From Phoronis australis (lineage: Eukaryota; Animalia; Phoronida): a stretch of DNA of 64,000 nucleotides. The translations under genes and the position numbers were made by a program. This document shows, in pieces, positions 62,601-64,000 of the stretch. How positions within the stretch are numbered: position 1 is the stretch's first letter; each line of letters starts with the position of its first letter. The stretch spans positions 153,325-217,324 of the forward strand of contig NMRA01000575.1 in assembly GCA_002633005.1 (NCBI GenBank), in the 5' to 3' direction. The notes under the pieces are model-generated. The model worked only from the letters and a program-made list of their open reading frames with translations. It ran no database searches and was not told the origin of the DNA.

Positions 62601-63095
62601 ACGAAAAGTAGAGTATATAGAAGTAAATAAAACGACAATAATGGATCATATATTAACATCCTTTGTCAACAGAAAAACAAATAAAATAACATCAAACACG
62701 ACATGACGAATGGCATCCGACATGACAAATGGCGTAATGAACATGAATGGCCACTTAATGATGATTTATAATTACTTCGAGCGCAACAAGAAGGAGAGAT
62801 ACAAATAAATTTGTTTGGTATTGTACAATAATTTCGAAGCAAACTACTACTTCTATTGATTGTCAAGAGAGCTGGTTGCTAATACTTCTCGTAAATTCAT
62901 TTCTCAGCCAATTTTAAGTCTACTAAGGATGTTGACGATTTCAATCCAGGATTCAAGTATTTGTCGGGCTGCTTGGCATGATGGTAGAATCTTACCTTGG
63001 AGTGACAATGAAGGACATAGAACGGTCACTTGGACGTCACCTTTTTATTTAAGCGAGTATTACAGAACAAGGCGTTATGGGTTTACAACAACAGG
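59664..63095 (+). CDS. LCCL-domain protein, exons 59664 (or 59681)-59745, 60069-60132, 62950-63095
   Basis: Spliced product ...GQCRDVFGDHDQNQP|YICPKEECSAHIVWGTGSYTY|DSSICRAAWHDGRI...Y.RTRRYGFTT matches the LCCL signature CP..C...VWGTG.Y..DSSICRAA.H.G.I; phases are compatible; first and last exons uncertain. Confidence 0.82.
60188..60302. repeat. Compound (AAT/AGT/AGC)n microsatellite in LCCL intron
   Basis: aataataatagtagtagt...gcagcagcagcagccgcagcagcagcagc. Confidence 0.9.
61119..62009 (+). mobile_element. Kolobok-family non-autonomous copy 3 (inverted relative to copies 1 and 2), in LCCL intron
   Basis: aggagaatgccac ... gcggcattctccc TTAA; THAP start remnant at 61266; internal homology to copy 2. 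Confidence 0.85.
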
Positions 63096-64000
63096 GTAAG
63101 ACGGATAGTCTAACAGTGCTTTAAACTACGATAAACGTTGATCTGTTTAGATGATCCCATTCCCATTTCACCCTAAATCGTCTGTTATTGCATAGTTGCA
63201 TATTTTTATCTCCTTGCTGAAGATCCAACTCATTTTAGTGAGAGGCTTGAAGCTTTGGTGCAAAATATTTCCCTGTAATCCCCGATAAATGTTTTGAGGT
63301 TACTGACAACAATAGCAGTTCCCATTTGACCAGTGCTGTAGTGATAAAATTAGAGATAAGTAGGATCCCAATGCCTACTGTATCACATTCAGCGCTGATT
63401 TTTAGAATTCGCAAATCGTGACCCACAAACATGAAGGCTTATTTTTTGACGCGCCAGTAGGTATTTACGTTGAGTCTCGTGTGGCGAATCTAGGATGTCG
63501 CAGAAAGGTCCTCGTGCTTTCCTGTGGTCTCTGAAGGGGGCAAACACGATTTTAAGGACAATAGGCGCGTAGCGCTGAAAAACGATATGAGGTTGGCGTT
63601 TTCTAATCGCCTGTGGAGTGTGTCCTCAGGGCCCCTTCGCATAACGCTAAAACCTCCTGAGAGACCGTCCTGAGTTGGCAGCTGGAGCAACTCAGGACGG
63701 TCTGGGATCAAGAGAAAAACCACAGGGTAGATCTGTGGTCGTCAGATGTACATGTATTCAGTCGATTACTTTTTATTGCCCGTGAAGCCGATGGTTTGGT
63801 GATAAGGGCTGCCTGAAGAAATATGACTCACGCGTTTGCATTTTCGCCGTTTTCAACGACATGTAAAAGATTGATCAACAAATTCCTCGTAAAATTCTGA
63901 AAACAAGCTTTTTTCTCCCACGAAAATCGATGAAATTTTGGCCGAGATATTTCAATTTCCGCCCAGGCTAGCCCTGCACAAAGGAGAACCGTCACAAAAG

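Overview
Animal genomic DNA, probably a marine invertebrate (GT-AG introns, AT-rich, very TE-dense, two N gaps); nothing looks prokaryotic. Bases 556-27186 (+) hold 25 phase-consistent exons of a receptor-type protein tyrosine phosphatase: FN3 repeats, furin site, TM helix, catalytically intact D1, pseudophosphatase D2 and a C-terminal YANF. Its 5' end lies upstream of the window. One intron carries a degraded minus-strand frame that resembles a negative-strand RNA virus L polymerase. Another carries a Kolobok element with a nested Sola3 and a second TTAA element abutting it. Bases 27.6-59.4 kb are nested TEs: Kolobok/THAP, Harbinger, HINE/Helentron, Sola1-like, a Ngaro/DIRS tyrosine-recombinase retroelement broken by two LINEs, a P-like THAP element containing an orphan histone 3' stem-loop, an SGNH-hydrolase unit with a structured repeat array, and a near full-length CR1/L2-group LINE with a 2A peptide. 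Bases 59.6-63.2 kb (+) hold exons of a small LCCL-domain gene. All calls were made by eye from motifs, with no database searches.
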